A stretch of DNA of 64,000 nt, taken from the NCBI GenBank assembly GCA_963727625.1, contig CAVSHR010000004.1, positions 480,001 through 544,000 of the forward strand, in the 5' to 3' direction. The notes below the pieces were generated by a model. It was not told the DNA's origin. It did not search any database and saw nothing but the letters and a program-made list of their open reading frames with translations. Position numbers and translations under genes: made by a program. Every line of letters starts with the position of its first letter. Position 1 is the first letter of the stretch. The DNA comes from an uncultured delta proteobacterium (GTDB lineage Bacteria; Desulfobacterota; Binatia; UBA9968). Below, piece after piece: positions 38,201 through 48,795 of the stretch.

Positions 38201-39621
38201 TCGCTGAGCATTTCCAGCAACTGCTCAAAATCTTCGCGCGTGAGATCTTTGTACGGATAGGCCGAGCGCACCAATTGCCACAACGCTTCTTCGGCGATGC
38301 CCTCATCATCGGGTTTCTTACTGCCGCCCGACCGCGCCGTTGAGCCCAGGCTCGCCACGGTCGCAACCATCTGCTGCGCCAAAACATCGAGCGGTTTCCT
38401 AACGACGGCCAACCTATCCAATTCGCCCTGGCGCACCGCGCGAATCGCTGCGACCGATTGCAAAAGATCGTCACGGGTCAAAGGATAGAGAATCCCTTTG
38501 GGAATCGCCCCGTGCCAATGGCCCGATCTGCCCACGCGCTGCAGTAGAACTGCGAGATTGCGCGGCGAACCGATGTGACCGACGACATCGACGTGGCCAA
38601 TGTCGATGCCGAGTTCAAGCGAGGCGGTGGCAACCACGACGGGAAATTGGCCGGATTTGAGTTTTTCTTCAACCTCGAGGCGAGTCTTGCGCGACAGGCT
38701 ACCGTGATGCGCGCCGACTTTACCCTCGCCGAGTCGTTCGGTCAGCTGGTGCGCAACGCGCTCGACCAGACGGCGCGTATTGACGAAAATCAAGCTCGTG
38801 CGATGCGCCCGAATTTGCTCCACCAGCCTGTCATACACCGCCGTCCAAATTTCCTGGCGAATGATCGGCCCAAGCTCGTCATCGGGAACGTCGATGCGCA
38901 AATCCATCTCGCGCTGATGACCGACGTCGACGATAGCGCAATCGGGCGTACCGTCGGCAATGACGTTGCGCGATCCAACCAGCAAACGCGCGATCTCTTT
39001 GATCGGTTTCTGTGTCGCGCTCAAGCCGATCCGCTGCAGCGCCCGCCCCGCCAGAGCGTCAAGCCTTTCGAGCGAAAGCGCGAGATGCGCGCCGCGTTTA
39101 TCCTGCGCGACGGCATGAATCTCATCGACGATCAGCGTCTCGGCGGAATTAAGAAACTCCCGGCTGCGCGGTGCAGTGAGAAGAATATAGAGCGACTCCG
39201 GAGTCGTGATCAGAATATGCGGCGGCCGACGCACCATCGCCTGGCGCTCTTGAGCGGGCGTGTCTCCGGAGCGCACTGCCACTCGAATGGACGGTAAAAG
39301 GATCCCTTCGCGCCCCGCCAGCTCGTAAATCGCCAGGAGCGGGCCCTGAAGATTTTTAGCGATGTCGTTGCCAAGCGCTTTGAGCGGCGAAACGTAAATC
39401 ACGCTAGTGCGCCCGTCGAGCCCGCCGTTGAGAGCGCGCTTGATCAGCCGGTCGATGGACCAAAGAAAGGCCGCCAGGGTTTTGCCGGAGCCTGTCGGCG
39501 CCGCGATCAGCGTCGACTTTCCCGCGGAGATCGACTCCCAGCCTTGCCGCTGCGCCGGTGTGGGGCTCTGAAAGCGCTCGGTAAACCAGCGCTGTATGAT
39601 GGGGTGAAAAGACGGACCCAA
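35263..39621 (-). CDS. lhr: Lhr-family (large helicase-related) DEAH helicase
   Basis: APTGSGKT, YVSPLKAL, TTPESL, DEIH, SAT, HHGSLS, SLELGID and QRVGRSGH motifs, plus C-terminal LLRRYG and EIRGGRFV..F.GEQFA. Confidence 0.93.
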   Translation of the reverse strand: MGPSFHPIIQRWFTERFQSPTPAQRQGWESISAGKSTLIAAPTGSGKTLAAFLWSIDRLIKRALNGGLDGRTSVIYVSPLKALGNDIAKNLQGPLLAIYELAGREGILLPSIRVAVRSGDTPAQERQAMVRRPPHILITTPESLYILLTAPRSREFLNSAETLIVDEIHAVAQDKRGAHLALSLERLDALAGRALQRIGLSATQKPIKEIARLLVGSRNVIADGTPDCAIVDVGHQREMDLRIDVPDDELGPIIRQEIWTAVYDRLVEQIRAHRTSLIFVNTRRLVERVAHQLTERLGEGKVGAHHGSLSRKTRLEVEEKLKSGQFPVVVATASLELGIDIGHVDVVGHIGSPRNLAVLLQRVGRSGHWHGAIPKGILYPLTRDDLLQSVAAIRAVRQGELDRLAVVRKPLDVLAQQMVATVASLGSTARSGGSKKPDDEGIAEEALWQLVRSAYPYKDLTREDFEQLLEMLSEGVQTWRSRRSAYIHRDRIHGMLRPRRGARLTAITNGGAIPDTADYSVVEFPSETFVGTVNEDFAIESLAGDIFLLGNRSWRIRRVGSGKVWVEDAQGLPPSIPFWMGEGPGRTLELSMAVSDLRQAVAAKLPDRPGAAQWLMDQVAMPQSAAEQIVNYIADTVQALGTVPAQDKVIAERFFDEAGGMQLILHSPWGGRINRAWGLALRKRFCVSFDRELQAAATDDGICISLVEQHSFPLTDVFSMLRPATLEYNLTQAALAAPMFTNRWRWNATRALAVMRHSGGRKVPVALQRMRAEDLLAAVFPEQVMCQDNRSGPVDLPDHPLVRETMGDCLHEAMDMDGLAEILQRIETGAIDTLAVDTPAPSPMAHEILNANPYAFLDDAPLEERRARAVSLRRVDPWIGREFGQLDPAAIDEVRKQAWPEARNADELHDLLLGVCLLPVNDRPDWHLFAETLIASGRACITAWEFDGTERRAYVAAERADLIRLALGAVNLIPPVELPLGFCENARSPEGALGKIVQGWLEVCGPVAATALAARLGISKGKIDAALIVLESAGVVLRGQFTVGRSESESEWCDRVLLARIHRLTLGRMRKEIEPVSATDFVNFLLAWQHVAPGTQLHGREGILRVIQELQGLELPAPAWEQQILPARIGRYDPADLEHLCLAGVVAWGRLQAGLCELGNLSQQGRTGRRSKRLLAPARNAPISFVMREDLDSFLESTNRPFDQIGALSAMAVEVGAYLEHYGASFLNDIAHGTGLLKVKVEEALWQLVAHGLATGDGVAGLRVLLTPDHRKTERRRSLRVISGGRSDERSMPVGRWSLWRHNRTGEALSIEAVLERRARQLLRRYGIVFRDLLAREAIMPPWRNLLSVYRRLEARGEIRGGRFVSGFVGEQFALAEAVDALREMKRRPESAGVAMIGAADPLNLLGIIAPGSRLSPYSNQVIAYECGAVVGVGLLGEVLSRLQLTRAPVKV

Positions 39622-39705
39622 GCGTATCTCTCCAGTGGTGGGAGTAACGACAAACCAGCGAGCCGGGACGGCGCAAAATCAACGCCGATCGAACGCGATC
39701 AAAAA

Positions 39706-40077
39706 CTACTTTGTCGGCTCGACGTCCGCTTTACTCGGCGATCGGGCTTGCGACGCCGCGCCGACACCCCGCTTCAAGAGCTCTTCCATGACCAGCTTTG
39801 CGCCGGCATGCCCCTGATCGGCGAGCTCTCCGGTTTTGCTGACCAGCAGTTTGAACTGCGCCTGAACCTTTTGCGCTTCTTGGATCGCCGCATCCTGATG
39901 GCTTTTCACCGCCGTCAAATTGACCCGTTCGGTCAGCCCTTGCAGCGTCTCAAAACCGAAATAGATCGTGAGCGCCGCCAAGGTAATGATCAACGGTAAA
40001 TTCGAACTGGCCGGATGGGTCCCCTGTAGTTCGTCAGGGCTCTCCGACTCGGCATTACTTTCATTTTCGTCCGCCAT
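39706..40077 (-). CDS. Hypothetical single-TM coiled-coil protein
   Basis: TM segment LPLIITLAALTIYFGF followed by a helical domain; GAGG RBS. Confidence 0.7.
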   Translation of the reverse strand: MADENESNAESESPDELQGTHPASSNLPLIITLAALTIYFGFETLQGLTERVNLTAVKSHQDAAIQEAQKVQAQFKLLVSKTGELADQGHAGAKLVMEELLKRGVGAASQARSPSKADVEPTK

Positions 40078-40086
40078 GCTGCCTCA

Positions 40087-40371
40087 CTACTTCGCGGTGG
40101 CAGTTCCTGGCGCCGCATCGAGATTGACCCCGCTTTCGGCCAGGACTTTTTTCAACCGCTCGTCGTTGGTTTTAAGCGCCATGCTGGCGAGCACGGTGAT
40201 CAGCTGGCGGTTGAGGGTTTCAAGCTGGATGGTTTGGGCGATCACCTGCTGGCGTTCGCCCACCTCGGTTTGAATTGAGTGATTGCCCAAGGAAACCAGA
40301 ATATTCACGAGCACTAACAGCAGGATCACTGCCGACCAAGCGGTCAGGAAAATTTTAGGTTTTTTACTCAT
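40087..40371 (-). CDS. Hypothetical single-TM coiled-coil protein
   Basis: TM segment IFLTAWSAVILLLVLVNILV followed by a helical domain. Confidence 0.7.
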   Translation of the reverse strand: MSKKPKIFLTAWSAVILLLVLVNILVSLGNHSIQTEVGERQQVIAQTIQLETLNRQLITVLASMALKTNDERLKKVLAESGVNLDAAPGTATAK

Positions 40372-40431
40372 GAAGCCTTAACCGCGGGCGTAGAAGCAAA
40401 AAATATCGCCTTGGCTCCGCCGCCCGGTTTA

Positions 40432-41118
40432 TCAGTGAATCAAACTGCCAATCCGCTCCCAGCGCACCCAGCGATCCGATCCGTCCCACGACCAATAAAT
40501 GAGAAACGCTTTGCCTCGCACTTCGTTGAGATCGACGTAGCCCCAGAAACGGCTGTCGTAACTGCGGTCGCGGTTATCACCCATGACGAATATGTGATTT
40601 GCCGGAACCGTTTTCGGCCCGTAATCGTCGCCGCTGCCGACCGCGCCGGCTTGCGGATCGTAGCCGGCAAAATATGCGTGCGCATCGTCAACCTGTTTGC
40701 CGTTGATGAAAACCTTCTTGGCGCGTATTTCGACCGTATCACCGCCCACCCCAATCACCCGTTTGATGAAATCCTTCGAGCGGTCCTCCGGATAAATAAA
40801 AACCACTACGTCGCCCCGCTGCGGCGTGGCGTACTCAATCAAGTACCGTTCGAGAAAAGGAATGCGCAAACCGTAGGAAAGTTTATTGACCAAAATATGG
40901 TCGCCGATCTGCAGAGTCGGGATCATCGAGCCGGACGGAATCTTGAACGCCTGCACGATAAACGTGCGGATGAACAGCGCCAATATCAGCGCCATGATAA
41001 TCGCTTCCGCGTACTCGCGGAAAGCGGATTTCGTTTTCGCCGTTGCCGGATGATCCATTACGCCTTGCTCTTTCACTTTTTCACCTTTTCTAACACAATT
41101 AACAAGCGGCGGCGTCAA
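40432..41118 (-). CDS. lepB: Signal peptidase I
   Basis: [18 protein letters not shown] and [15 protein letters not shown] motifs; true start may lie slightly downstream. Confidence 0.95.
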   Translation of the reverse strand: MTPPLVNCVRKGEKVKEQGVMDHPATAKTKSAFREYAEAIIMALILALFIRTFIVQAFKIPSGSMIPTLQIGDHILVNKLSYGLRIPFLERYLIEYATPQRGDVVVFIYPEDRSKDFIKRVIGVGGDTVEIRAKKVFINGKQVDDAHAYFAGYDPQAGAVGSGDDYGPKTVPANHIFVMGDNRDRSYDSRFWGYVDLNEVRGKAFLIYWSWDGSDRWVRWERIGSLIH

Positions 41119-42908
41119 ACTTTGAGCGCCGCGAGGAATGCCTCCTGGGGAATCTCCACCTTGCCGACCTGCTTCATGCGCTTCTTGCCTTCTTTCTGGC
41201 GTTCCAGCAGCTTGCGTTTTCGCGTAATATCACCGCCGTAACACTTGGCTGTGACGTTTTTGCGCAGCGCCTTGACCGATTCCCGCGAGATCACGCGGCT
41301 GCCGATGGCAGCCTGGATCACGACTTCGAAGAGCTGGCGCGGAATCAGCTCGCGCATTTTCTGCACCAGGTCCCTGCCGCGATGATAGGCTTTATCACGG
41401 TGCACGATCATTGACATGGCGTCGACCACGTCGCCGTTGATGCGCACGTCGAGTTTGACTAGGTCGGCGGCGCGATAACCTGCCAGTTCATAATCCATCG
41501 ATGCATAGCCGCGGCTCACGGATTTCAGCCTATCATAGAAATCCACGACAATCTCATTGAGCGGCAGCTCGTAAACCAGCACCACCCGTTTCGGACCGAG
41601 ATAGCGGATCTCTTTTTGCACGCCGCGCTTTTCTTCGCAGATTTTGAGCACACCGCCAAGGAACTCCTGGGGCAAATGGAGCGATGCTTGAATGACCGGC
41701 TCTTCGATGCGCTCGATCTCCGATTCGTTGGGCAAACGCACTGGATTGTCGATCATTAGAGTTTTCCCGGCCGTGGTTACGACTTGGTAAATAACCGTCG
41801 CTGCTGTGGTAATCAGGGTGAGGCCGAATTCGCGTTCGAGCCGCTCGCGTATAATGTCCATATGCAGCAGGCCGAGAAACCCACAGCGAAATCCGAAACC
41901 CAATGCCTGGGAGGTTTCCGGGTCGTAAGTAAACGATGAGTCGTTGAGGCGGAGCTTTTCCAGGGCGTCGCGCAGCCCTTGGTATTGGCCCGAGTCGGTC
42001 GGATACAGGCCGCTGAAAACCATCGGCTTCATCGGTTTGAACCCCCCCAGCGGCGCGCCTGCGGGGCGTTCATCGGTCGTGATCGTGTCGCCAATTTGGG
42101 TCTCGGCGACTTCTTTGATGCCGGCCATAAAGAAACCGACTTCGCCGGCTTTTAGCTCCGAGACTTCCACGGACCCGGGCGAGAAAACACCAAGGCGCAG
42201 CACTTCGAACGCATGGCCGCTCGACATCATGCGAATCTTGGTGCCTTTTTGCATGGCGCCGTCGAAGATACGCGTCATCACAACGGCGCCGTGGTACGGA
42301 TCAAACCGGCAATCGATAATCAAAGCGCGCAAGGGGGCCGAAGCGTCTCCCCTCGGCGGCGGAAAATAATGCACGATGCCTTCGAGAATTTCTTCGGTGC
42401 CGATCCCCTCTTTGGCGCTTGCGCATACGGCGTGGGACGCGTCAAGACCAATGACGTCCTCAATCTCGGTTCTGACCCGCTCTGGATCGGCGCTCGGCAG
42501 ATCGATTTTGTTGATCACCGGGAGAATTTCCAGGTTGTGATCCAGCGCCATGTGCACGTTGGCCACGGTTTGCGCCTCGACGCCTTGTGCGGCATCAACA
42601 ACCAGCAGGGCGCCCTCGCAGGCCGCCAGACTGCGCGACACTTCGTAGGTGAAATCGACATGCCCGGGAGTGTCGATCAAGTTGAGCTTATATTCTTTGC
42701 CATCCTTGGCACGGTAGCGAAGACAGACCGGACTCGCTTTAATGGTAATGCCGCGCTCGCGCTCAAGCTCCATGCTGTCGAGGATTTGATCGGTTTTCTC
42801 ACGCGCGCTCACCGCGCCGGTGAACTCGAGCAAACGATCTGCCAGGGTCGACTTCCCGTGATCGATATGGGCGATGATCGAAAAATTTCTAATGTGGTCC
42901 AGTTTCAT
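41115..42908 (-). CDS. lepA: Elongation factor 4
   Basis: [28 protein letters not shown] and [14 protein letters not shown] motifs. Confidence 0.98.
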   Translation of the reverse strand: MKLDHIRNFSIIAHIDHGKSTLADRLLEFTGAVSAREKTDQILDSMELERERGITIKASPVCLRYRAKDGKEYKLNLIDTPGHVDFTYEVSRSLAACEGALLVVDAAQGVEAQTVANVHMALDHNLEILPVINKIDLPSADPERVRTEIEDVIGLDASHAVCASAKEGIGTEEILEGIVHYFPPPRGDASAPLRALIIDCRFDPYHGAVVMTRIFDGAMQKGTKIRMMSSGHAFEVLRLGVFSPGSVEVSELKAGEVGFFMAGIKEVAETQIGDTITTDERPAGAPLGGFKPMKPMVFSGLYPTDSGQYQGLRDALEKLRLNDSSFTYDPETSQALGFGFRCGFLGLLHMDIIRERLEREFGLTLITTAATVIYQVVTTAGKTLMIDNPVRLPNESEIERIEEPVIQASLHLPQEFLGGVLKICEEKRGVQKEIRYLGPKRVVLVYELPLNEIVVDFYDRLKSVSRGYASMDYELAGYRAADLVKLDVRINGDVVDAMSMIVHRDKAYHRGRDLVQKMRELIPRQLFEVVIQAAIGSRVISRESVKALRKNVTAKCYGGDITRKRKLLERQKEGKKRMKQVGKVEIPQEAFLAALKV

Positions 42909-43831
42909 GGGGAAACGGTTTCACGGTAATAGGAAGCGGTGTGCTTCAGGCCCTCTGCCAGAGACATTTGCGGGCGCCAACCGAGCACTTCCCCGGCCAG
43001 CCGGGTATCGAGGCAACTGCGTCGCTGCTCGCCCGGCTTGGGCGGACCGTATCGGGCGTCGACGGCGCAGCCCAGCGCTTGGCGTAGATGTTGAAAAACC
43101 GTCACCACATCGGTTTCAACGCCGGTGCCGATATTGACAGCGCCCACGAAAGACGACTGCAACGCCGCCAGATTGGCGGCCACGACATCGCCGACATAAA
43201 CGTAATCGCGCGTTTGCCGGCCGTCGCCGTTGATCGTCGGGGTCTGTCCGGCAAGCAACTGCGATAAAAAAATCGCCACCACGCCGGCCTCACCCTTCGC
43301 CGACTGGCGCGGTCCGTACACGTTGCCGTAACGCAGCGCGATATAGGAGAGCCCAAATGCCAGGCGATAATAAGACAGATAAAGCTCGCCGGCGCGCTTG
43401 CTTACCCCATAGGGACTCGCGGGCCGGGTGAGGTGACCTTCGGGCGCTGGAAACACCTCTTGCTCCCCGTAAACCGCCCCGCCCGAGGAAGCAAAAACAA
43501 CTTTTTTAACGCCGATATTAATGCAGGCCTGCAGCAAATTGATAAAGCCGATGATATTGACCCGAGCATCGAAGGCCGGATCGGCTACCGAATGGCGCAC
43601 ATCCATCTGTGCCGCATGATGGCTCAATACTTCGGGTTTGATTTGTTCGATCAGCTTTACGACCTTAGCCTCGCCGATATCAATACGATGAACCGTCGCT
43701 TTCGGATTTAAATTAATCTCCTGGCCTGTCGAGAAATCGTCCAGGATGTGAACTTCGTGGCCGCGCTCGAGGTATGCATCAACGATTTGCGAAGCGATAA
43801 ATCCAGCGCCGCCCGTAACCGCGATCTTCAT
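42905..43831 (-). CDS. NAD-dependent epimerase (UDP-glucose 4-epimerase-like)
   Basis: [21 protein letters not shown] and [10 protein letters not shown] motifs. Confidence 0.9.
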   Translation of the reverse strand: MKIAVTGGAGFIASQIVDAYLERGHEVHILDDFSTGQEINLNPKATVHRIDIGEAKVVKLIEQIKPEVLSHHAAQMDVRHSVADPAFDARVNIIGFINLLQACINIGVKKVVFASSGGAVYGEQEVFPAPEGHLTRPASPYGVSKRAGELYLSYYRLAFGLSYIALRYGNVYGPRQSAKGEAGVVAIFLSQLLAGQTPTINGDGRQTRDYVYVGDVVAANLAALQSSFVGAVNIGTGVETDVVTVFQHLRQALGCAVDARYGPPKPGEQRRSCLDTRLAGEVLGWRPQMSLAEGLKHTASYYRETVSP

Positions 43832-44775
43832 CCCCCCGGCTCCGTAAGTTTGGTCCGAAAATATTCGATGGTCTTGATCAGCCCTTCTTCAAGGTCCACC
43901 TTGGGTTCCCAATCGAGAATCTTACGTGCCTTGGTGATATCCGGTTGACGTACCTGTGGATCGTCTTGGGGTAGCGGTTTATTCGCAATCGAGCTCTTCG
44001 AATGCGTCAACTCAATAATTTTTTTTGCAAACTCCAAAACCGTCATCTCGTGGGGATTGCCGATGTTAACGGGCAGATGATGATCCACTTGCAGCAGCTT
44101 TTCGATGCCGACAACAAGGTCGTCGATGTATTGAAAGCTACGCGTTTGTTGCCCTTGGCCGTAAACCGTGAGTGCTTCACCTTTGAGCGCCTGCATGATG
44201 AAATTGGGCACCACGCGGCCGTCCTGCAAACGCATTCGGGGACCGTAGGTGTTGAAAATGCGCACAATGCGAGTATTCAAACCGTGATAGCGATGATACG
44301 CCATGGTGATCGCCTCTGCGAAGCGTTTGGCTTCGTCGTAGACGCCGCGCGGACCGATGGGATTGACATTACCCCAGTATTCTTCGCTTTGCGGCCGAAC
44401 CAGCGGATCGCCGTAAACTTCCGAGGTGGAGGCGAGCAAAAAAACCGCACCCTTGGCCTTTGCCAGGCCGAGCGCGTTATGAGTTCCCAAGGCGCCAACC
44501 TTCAACGTCGGGATCGGCAGCACGAGATAATCCACAGGACTCGCCGGCGAGGCGAAATGGAGGACGTAGTCGAGCGGCTCCGGTACCTCGATGTAGCGGC
44601 TCACGTTGTGGTCGATAAAGCGAAACCGCGGGTTCTTGAGGAAGCCGGCGATGTTTTGTTCAGCGCCGGTCGAATAATTGTCCATGCAGAGTACTTCATG
44701 CCCGTGATTAAGGAATTTCTCACATAGATGGGACCCTATAAAGCCGGCACCGCCAGTCACCAGGTATCTAGCCAT
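43828..44775 (-). CDS. UDP-glucuronate decarboxylase (UDP-xylose synthase)
   Basis: [44 protein letters not shown] and DDP..RQPDI motifs. Confidence 0.93.
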   Translation of the reverse strand: MARYLVTGGAGFIGSHLCEKFLNHGHEVLCMDNYSTGAEQNIAGFLKNPRFRFIDHNVSRYIEVPEPLDYVLHFASPASPVDYLVLPIPTLKVGALGTHNALGLAKAKGAVFLLASTSEVYGDPLVRPQSEEYWGNVNPIGPRGVYDEAKRFAEAITMAYHRYHGLNTRIVRIFNTYGPRMRLQDGRVVPNFIMQALKGEALTVYGQGQQTRSFQYIDDLVVGIEKLLQVDHHLPVNIGNPHEMTVLEFAKKIIELTHSKSSIANKPLPQDDPQVRQPDITKARKILDWEPKVDLEEGLIKTIEYFRTKLTEPGG

Positions 44776-46072
44776 GGTTCCGTCCGATCGAGTAATATTG
44801 GATACCGAGTTTTTGTAAATCCTTAGGATCGTAGATATTGCGGCCATCGAAGATCACCGGTTGTTTGAGCACATTTTTAATGCGCTCAAAATCGGGCCGG
44901 CGAAATTCATTCCATTCCGTCAAGATCAGCAGCGCCGAAGCGCCGTGCAGCGCGTCATAGTTCCTATGGGTGTATTGGACCCGGTCGCCGAAAATTTTTC
45001 TCGCTTCTTCCATCGCTTCAGGATCGAATGCCTGCACGCGAGCGCCCGCCGCGAGCAACAATTCAATCACGGTAATTGCTGGAGCATCGCGCATGTCGTC
45101 GGTGCGCGGCTTGAACGCAAGACCCCAGACGGCAAAGACCAAACCGGACAAGTCAGCACCGAAATGGCGCTTCACCTTTTCGACCAAGAGCCCCTTCTGA
45201 CGCTCGTTAACCTCTTCCACCGCTTTTAGTAGCAATATCTCCGGCTTGTTCGCGCCCATACGGATCATCGCCCGAATGTCCTTCGGGAAACAGGAACCCC
45301 CGTATCCCACGCCGGGAAAAATAAAATGCGGCCCGATTCTGCGATCCAGGCTGATCGCGCGGCGCACTTCGCCGATGTCGGCTTTCAGCTCTTCGCAAAG
45401 CCGCGCCACTTCATTGATGAACGAGATCTTGGTCGCTAGCATGGCATTGGATGCGTACTTACTCATCTCGGCGCTGCGGCTGTCCATAATCAAGATCGGG
45501 TTACCGGTGCGTACAAACGGCTCGTAGAGCTCCTTGACGGTCTCCAGCGCCTCTCCCTGATCGCCGCCCAGGACCACGCGATCAGGCTTCATAAAGTCGT
45601 CGACCGCCGCGCCTTCTTTTAGAAATTCCGGGTTGGAAACCACCGCGAAGGGCTCGGCGGTTTCCTCGGCGATCCATTGCTTGATGCGATCCGCGGTACC
45701 CACCGGCACCGTGCTTTTCGTGACGATAATGCGAAACCCGTCCATCGCCTGGGCAATCCCCTTGGCGGTGGCTTGCACGTAATCGAGATTGGCGTCGCCA
45801 TTGGCACTCTGCGGCGTTCCCACGGCGATAAAAATGATCGGCGACTTTTTTACCGCGTCGGTTAAATCGGTCGTGAACAATAAGCGCTGCTCCGCAGCGT
45901 TGCGCCGAACCATTTCCTCCAGACCGGGCTCGTAAATCGGCACCTTGCCGGAATTCAGAGCGGCGATTTTCTCCGCGTCAATATCGACGCAGAGGACCTC
46001 GTTGCCGCTTTCCGCAAAACAAGTGCCGGCAACCAAGCCGACATAGCCGGTGCCCACCACCGTCAAATTCAT
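44768..46072 (-). CDS. ugd: UDP-glucose 6-dehydrogenase
   Basis: [33 protein letters not shown] and FDGRN motifs. Confidence 0.95.
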   Translation of the reverse strand: MNLTVVGTGYVGLVAGTCFAESGNEVLCVDIDAEKIAALNSGKVPIYEPGLEEMVRRNAAEQRLLFTTDLTDAVKKSPIIFIAVGTPQSANGDANLDYVQATAKGIAQAMDGFRIIVTKSTVPVGTADRIKQWIAEETAEPFAVVSNPEFLKEGAAVDDFMKPDRVVLGGDQGEALETVKELYEPFVRTGNPILIMDSRSAEMSKYASNAMLATKISFINEVARLCEELKADIGEVRRAISLDRRIGPHFIFPGVGYGGSCFPKDIRAMIRMGANKPEILLLKAVEEVNERQKGLLVEKVKRHFGADLSGLVFAVWGLAFKPRTDDMRDAPAITVIELLLAAGARVQAFDPEAMEEARKIFGDRVQYTHRNYDALHGASALLILTEWNEFRRPDFERIKNVLKQPVIFDGRNIYDPKDLQKLGIQYYSIGRNHG

Positions 46073-47022
46073 GACGTTTCCCCCCGCTCCAACACTTCGC
46101 GGACCACGTAGACCGGACGGTCCTGCGACTCGTGATAGGTGCGTGCCAGCATTTCGCCCAGAAGACCCATGGTAACGAATTGAATGCCGATGAAAATCAG
46201 CAAAATTGCCAGCAAGAGCAGCGGCCTGCTGCCAATCTCGAGATCGTAGACCAACTTTTGCACGGTCAAATGAAGCGCGAGCAGGAATCCCGTCAGCCCG
46301 CTGATCACGCCGATGGGGCCGAAGACATGCGCCGGACGGGTTGAATAGCTGCTTAAAAATTTCACCGTGAGCAGATCCAGCACCACCCGCAGGGTCCGGG
46401 AAATGCCGTATTTCGAGGTGCCGTGCAGCCTGGGCCGGTGATTGACTTTGACCTCGACGACTTGCGCGCCGCGCTCGTAAGCGATCGCCGGGATAAACCG
46501 GTGCATTTCACCGTAAAGCCTCAACCCCTTCGCCACCTCTCTGCGCATCGCCTTTAGCGTGCAGCCGTAGTCGTGAAGTTTCACCTTAGTCGTCCACGAT
46601 ATCAGACGATTGGCAATCATTGAAGGCAAGCGCCGGTTGAGAAAAGGGTCCTGGCGATTGAAGCGCCAACCCGCCACCAGATCGTTCCCCTCGTTGATCT
46701 TTTCGAGCAAGGCTGGGATGTCGGCGGGGTCGTTCTGGCCGTCGCCGTCCATCAGCACGACAATCTCGCCTTGGGCGTACGCCAAACCGGCGGCCAGTGC
46801 CGCCGTTTGCCCGAAATTTCGTTTGAGCCGGACCACTTTGAGCGCCGGCTCTTCGACATGCAACCGGCTCAGCACCGCGAAGGTGCCGTCTCTGCTGCCA
46901 TCGTCCACGGCGACGATTTCAAATTTTGTTCCCAATGGCGCCAAAACGCCGCATATTTCGCGCATCAACGGTTCGATGTTTTCTTCTTCGTTGAAAACGG
47001 GGACGACGATGGACAGCTGCAT
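46069..47022 (-). CDS. GT2 glycosyltransferase (ArnC/DPM1-like)
   Basis: VPVFNEE, VDDGSRD, RNFGQ, MDGDGQNDP and HRFIP motifs, with two C-terminal TM segments. Confidence 0.92.
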   Translation of the reverse strand: MQLSIVVPVFNEEENIEPLMREICGVLAPLGTKFEIVAVDDGSRDGTFAVLSRLHVEEPALKVVRLKRNFGQTAALAAGLAYAQGEIVVLMDGDGQNDPADIPALLEKINEGNDLVAGWRFNRQDPFLNRRLPSMIANRLISWTTKVKLHDYGCTLKAMRREVAKGLRLYGEMHRFIPAIAYERGAQVVEVKVNHRPRLHGTSKYGISRTLRVVLDLLTVKFLSSYSTRPAHVFGPIGVISGLTGFLLALHLTVQKLVYDLEIGSRPLLLLAILLIFIGIQFVTMGLLGEMLARTYHESQDRPVYVVREVLERGETS

Positions 47023-47025
47023 CGA

Positions 47026-47931
47026 TCAAGAATGAAAGTCGGTTAACTGAACGAAGCGCTGGTAGCGCTCTTCGATTTCCGCCAGGGACAGGTCGGTAAG
47101 CCGTTTGACGCCGAAATCCTCGACAGTGAACGAGGCGACCACCGAACCGTAAACGATCGCCCGGCGCAGGCCGCCTTGGCTGTGATCGCCGGAGCGCGCC
47201 AGTTGGCCCAAAAAGCCGCCGGCGAAGGAATCGCCCGCGCCGGTCGGGTCGAAAACTTCTTCCAAAGGATACGCGGGGGTAGCAAACATGGAAGAGTCCG
47301 AGAACTGCAAGACACCGTACTCGCCGCGCTTGATCAACACCATCTTCGGGCCCATTCTTAGGATCGCCCGGGCCGCCTTGACGATATTGTCATAGCCGCT
47401 CAACAGCCGCGCTTCGGAATCGTTGATGACCAGAATTTCAATGCGCTGCAAAACCTTCTTCAGCTCTTCGCGGCTCTGGCCGATCCAATGGTCCATGGTA
47501 TCGCAAGCCACCAGTTTGAGCCGTCGAATCTGGTCGAGCACATTCATTTGCATGACCGGGTCGATATTGCCGAGAAAGACATACTCGGCGTCACGATAGC
47601 TCTCCGGCAGTTTCGGCTCGAAGCCGGCTAAAACGTTCAAGTGAAGCTCGAGGGTGTCGCGCAGATTCACGTCCTCGTGATAACGCCCGCGCCAGTGAAA
47701 GGTGTTGCCCTCTGCCCGTTCGATACCGTCGATATCGATGTTTCGCTGCGTGAAAAGATCGAGATAGTCCTGGGGAAAATCCTGGCCGATCACACCGACG
47801 ATACGCACCGGCGCGAAGAAACTCGCGCCCAGGGCAAAGTATGAAGCCGAACCGCCAAGTATGCGCTCGGCGGAGCCAGACGGGGTTTCAATCGAATCAA
47901 AAGCAACCGTTCCAACGACTAAGGCACTCAT
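47026..47931 (-). CDS. PfkB family carbohydrate/nucleoside kinase
   Basis: GGSASY and DPTGAGDSFAGG motifs. Confidence 0.92.
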   Translation of the reverse strand: MSALVVGTVAFDSIETPSGSAERILGGSASYFALGASFFAPVRIVGVIGQDFPQDYLDLFTQRNIDIDGIERAEGNTFHWRGRYHEDVNLRDTLELHLNVLAGFEPKLPESYRDAEYVFLGNIDPVMQMNVLDQIRRLKLVACDTMDHWIGQSREELKKVLQRIEILVINDSEARLLSGYDNIVKAARAILRMGPKMVLIKRGEYGVLQFSDSSMFATPAYPLEEVFDPTGAGDSFAGGFLGQLARSGDHSQGGLRRAIVYGSVVASFTVEDFGVKRLTDLSLAEIEERYQRFVQLTDFHS

Positions 47932-48788
47932 ATATATTTTCCGATGATCGGGCGCAGCTCCGCGCGCAGTTTTTTTGGAATCAAGGCGCGTTTTGTGATG
48001 ATAGCATCCTTTAGGGCCGAAGCACATGCGCAACTACGCAGCTCGGTCAATTGCGTCAGCGCGCGCCGGATGGTGCGCTGGGCCAGCTCGACGTTATGCT
48101 TCAAGACCGCCAGCACGTGCTCGATTTCGACGTCGCCCGCGCGATCGTTCCAGCAGTCGTAATCAGTGGCCAGCGCCAGCGTTCCGAAACAAATCTCCGC
48201 CTCGCGCGCCAGTTTCGCTTCCTGAAGATTGGTCATGCCAATCACGTGGGCGTTCCAGCTGCGATACAAGCGCGACTCCGCGCGAGTAGAAAATTGGGGG
48301 CCTTCCATGCACAGGTAGGTGCCGCCGGCGTGCACCGAGACATTCTCGGCTCGCGCCGCATCGACCAGCACGCCGGAAAGGTGCTTGCAGAAAGGGTCCG
48401 CCAGACTCACGTGAGCGACCAACCCTTTGCCGAAGAAAGTGCTGGGGCGCTGCGTGGTCCTGTCGATAAATTGATCCGGCACGACCAAGTGGCCCGGAGC
48501 GATATTCTCTCGCAAGCTGCCTACCGCACTGACCGAGATGATCCGCTCGACGCCGAGTTTCTTCATGGCGAAAATATTGGCGCGAAAGTTGACCTCAGTC
48601 GGTAGGTAGCGGTGTCCCTTGCCGTGGCGCGGCAGGAAGACCAGCTCGGCGTCGCCAAGCCGGCCGCGGATGAGCTTGTCCGATGGTTTACCGAAAGGAG
48701 TCTTGACGACCACTTCGCGCACCCGGCCTATTCCCTCCATTTGGTATAGACCGCTGCCGCCGATAACGCCGATGATGGGTGCCGCCAT
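47928..48788 (-). CDS. mtnP: S-methyl-5'-thioadenosine phosphorylase
   Basis: GVIGGSGLY, TPFGKPS, PRHG, SAVGSL, EGPQFSTRAES, GMT and TDYDCW motifs. Confidence 0.95.
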   Translation of the reverse strand: MAAPIIGVIGGSGLYQMEGIGRVREVVVKTPFGKPSDKLIRGRLGDAELVFLPRHGKGHRYLPTEVNFRANIFAMKKLGVERIISVSAVGSLRENIAPGHLVVPDQFIDRTTQRPSTFFGKGLVAHVSLADPFCKHLSGVLVDAARAENVSVHAGGTYLCMEGPQFSTRAESRLYRSWNAHVIGMTNLQEAKLAREAEICFGTLALATDYDCWNDRAGDVEIEHVLAVLKHNVELAQRTIRRALTQLTELRSCACASALKDAIITKRALIPKKLRAELRPIIGKYI

Positions 48789-48795
48789 TGATGAA

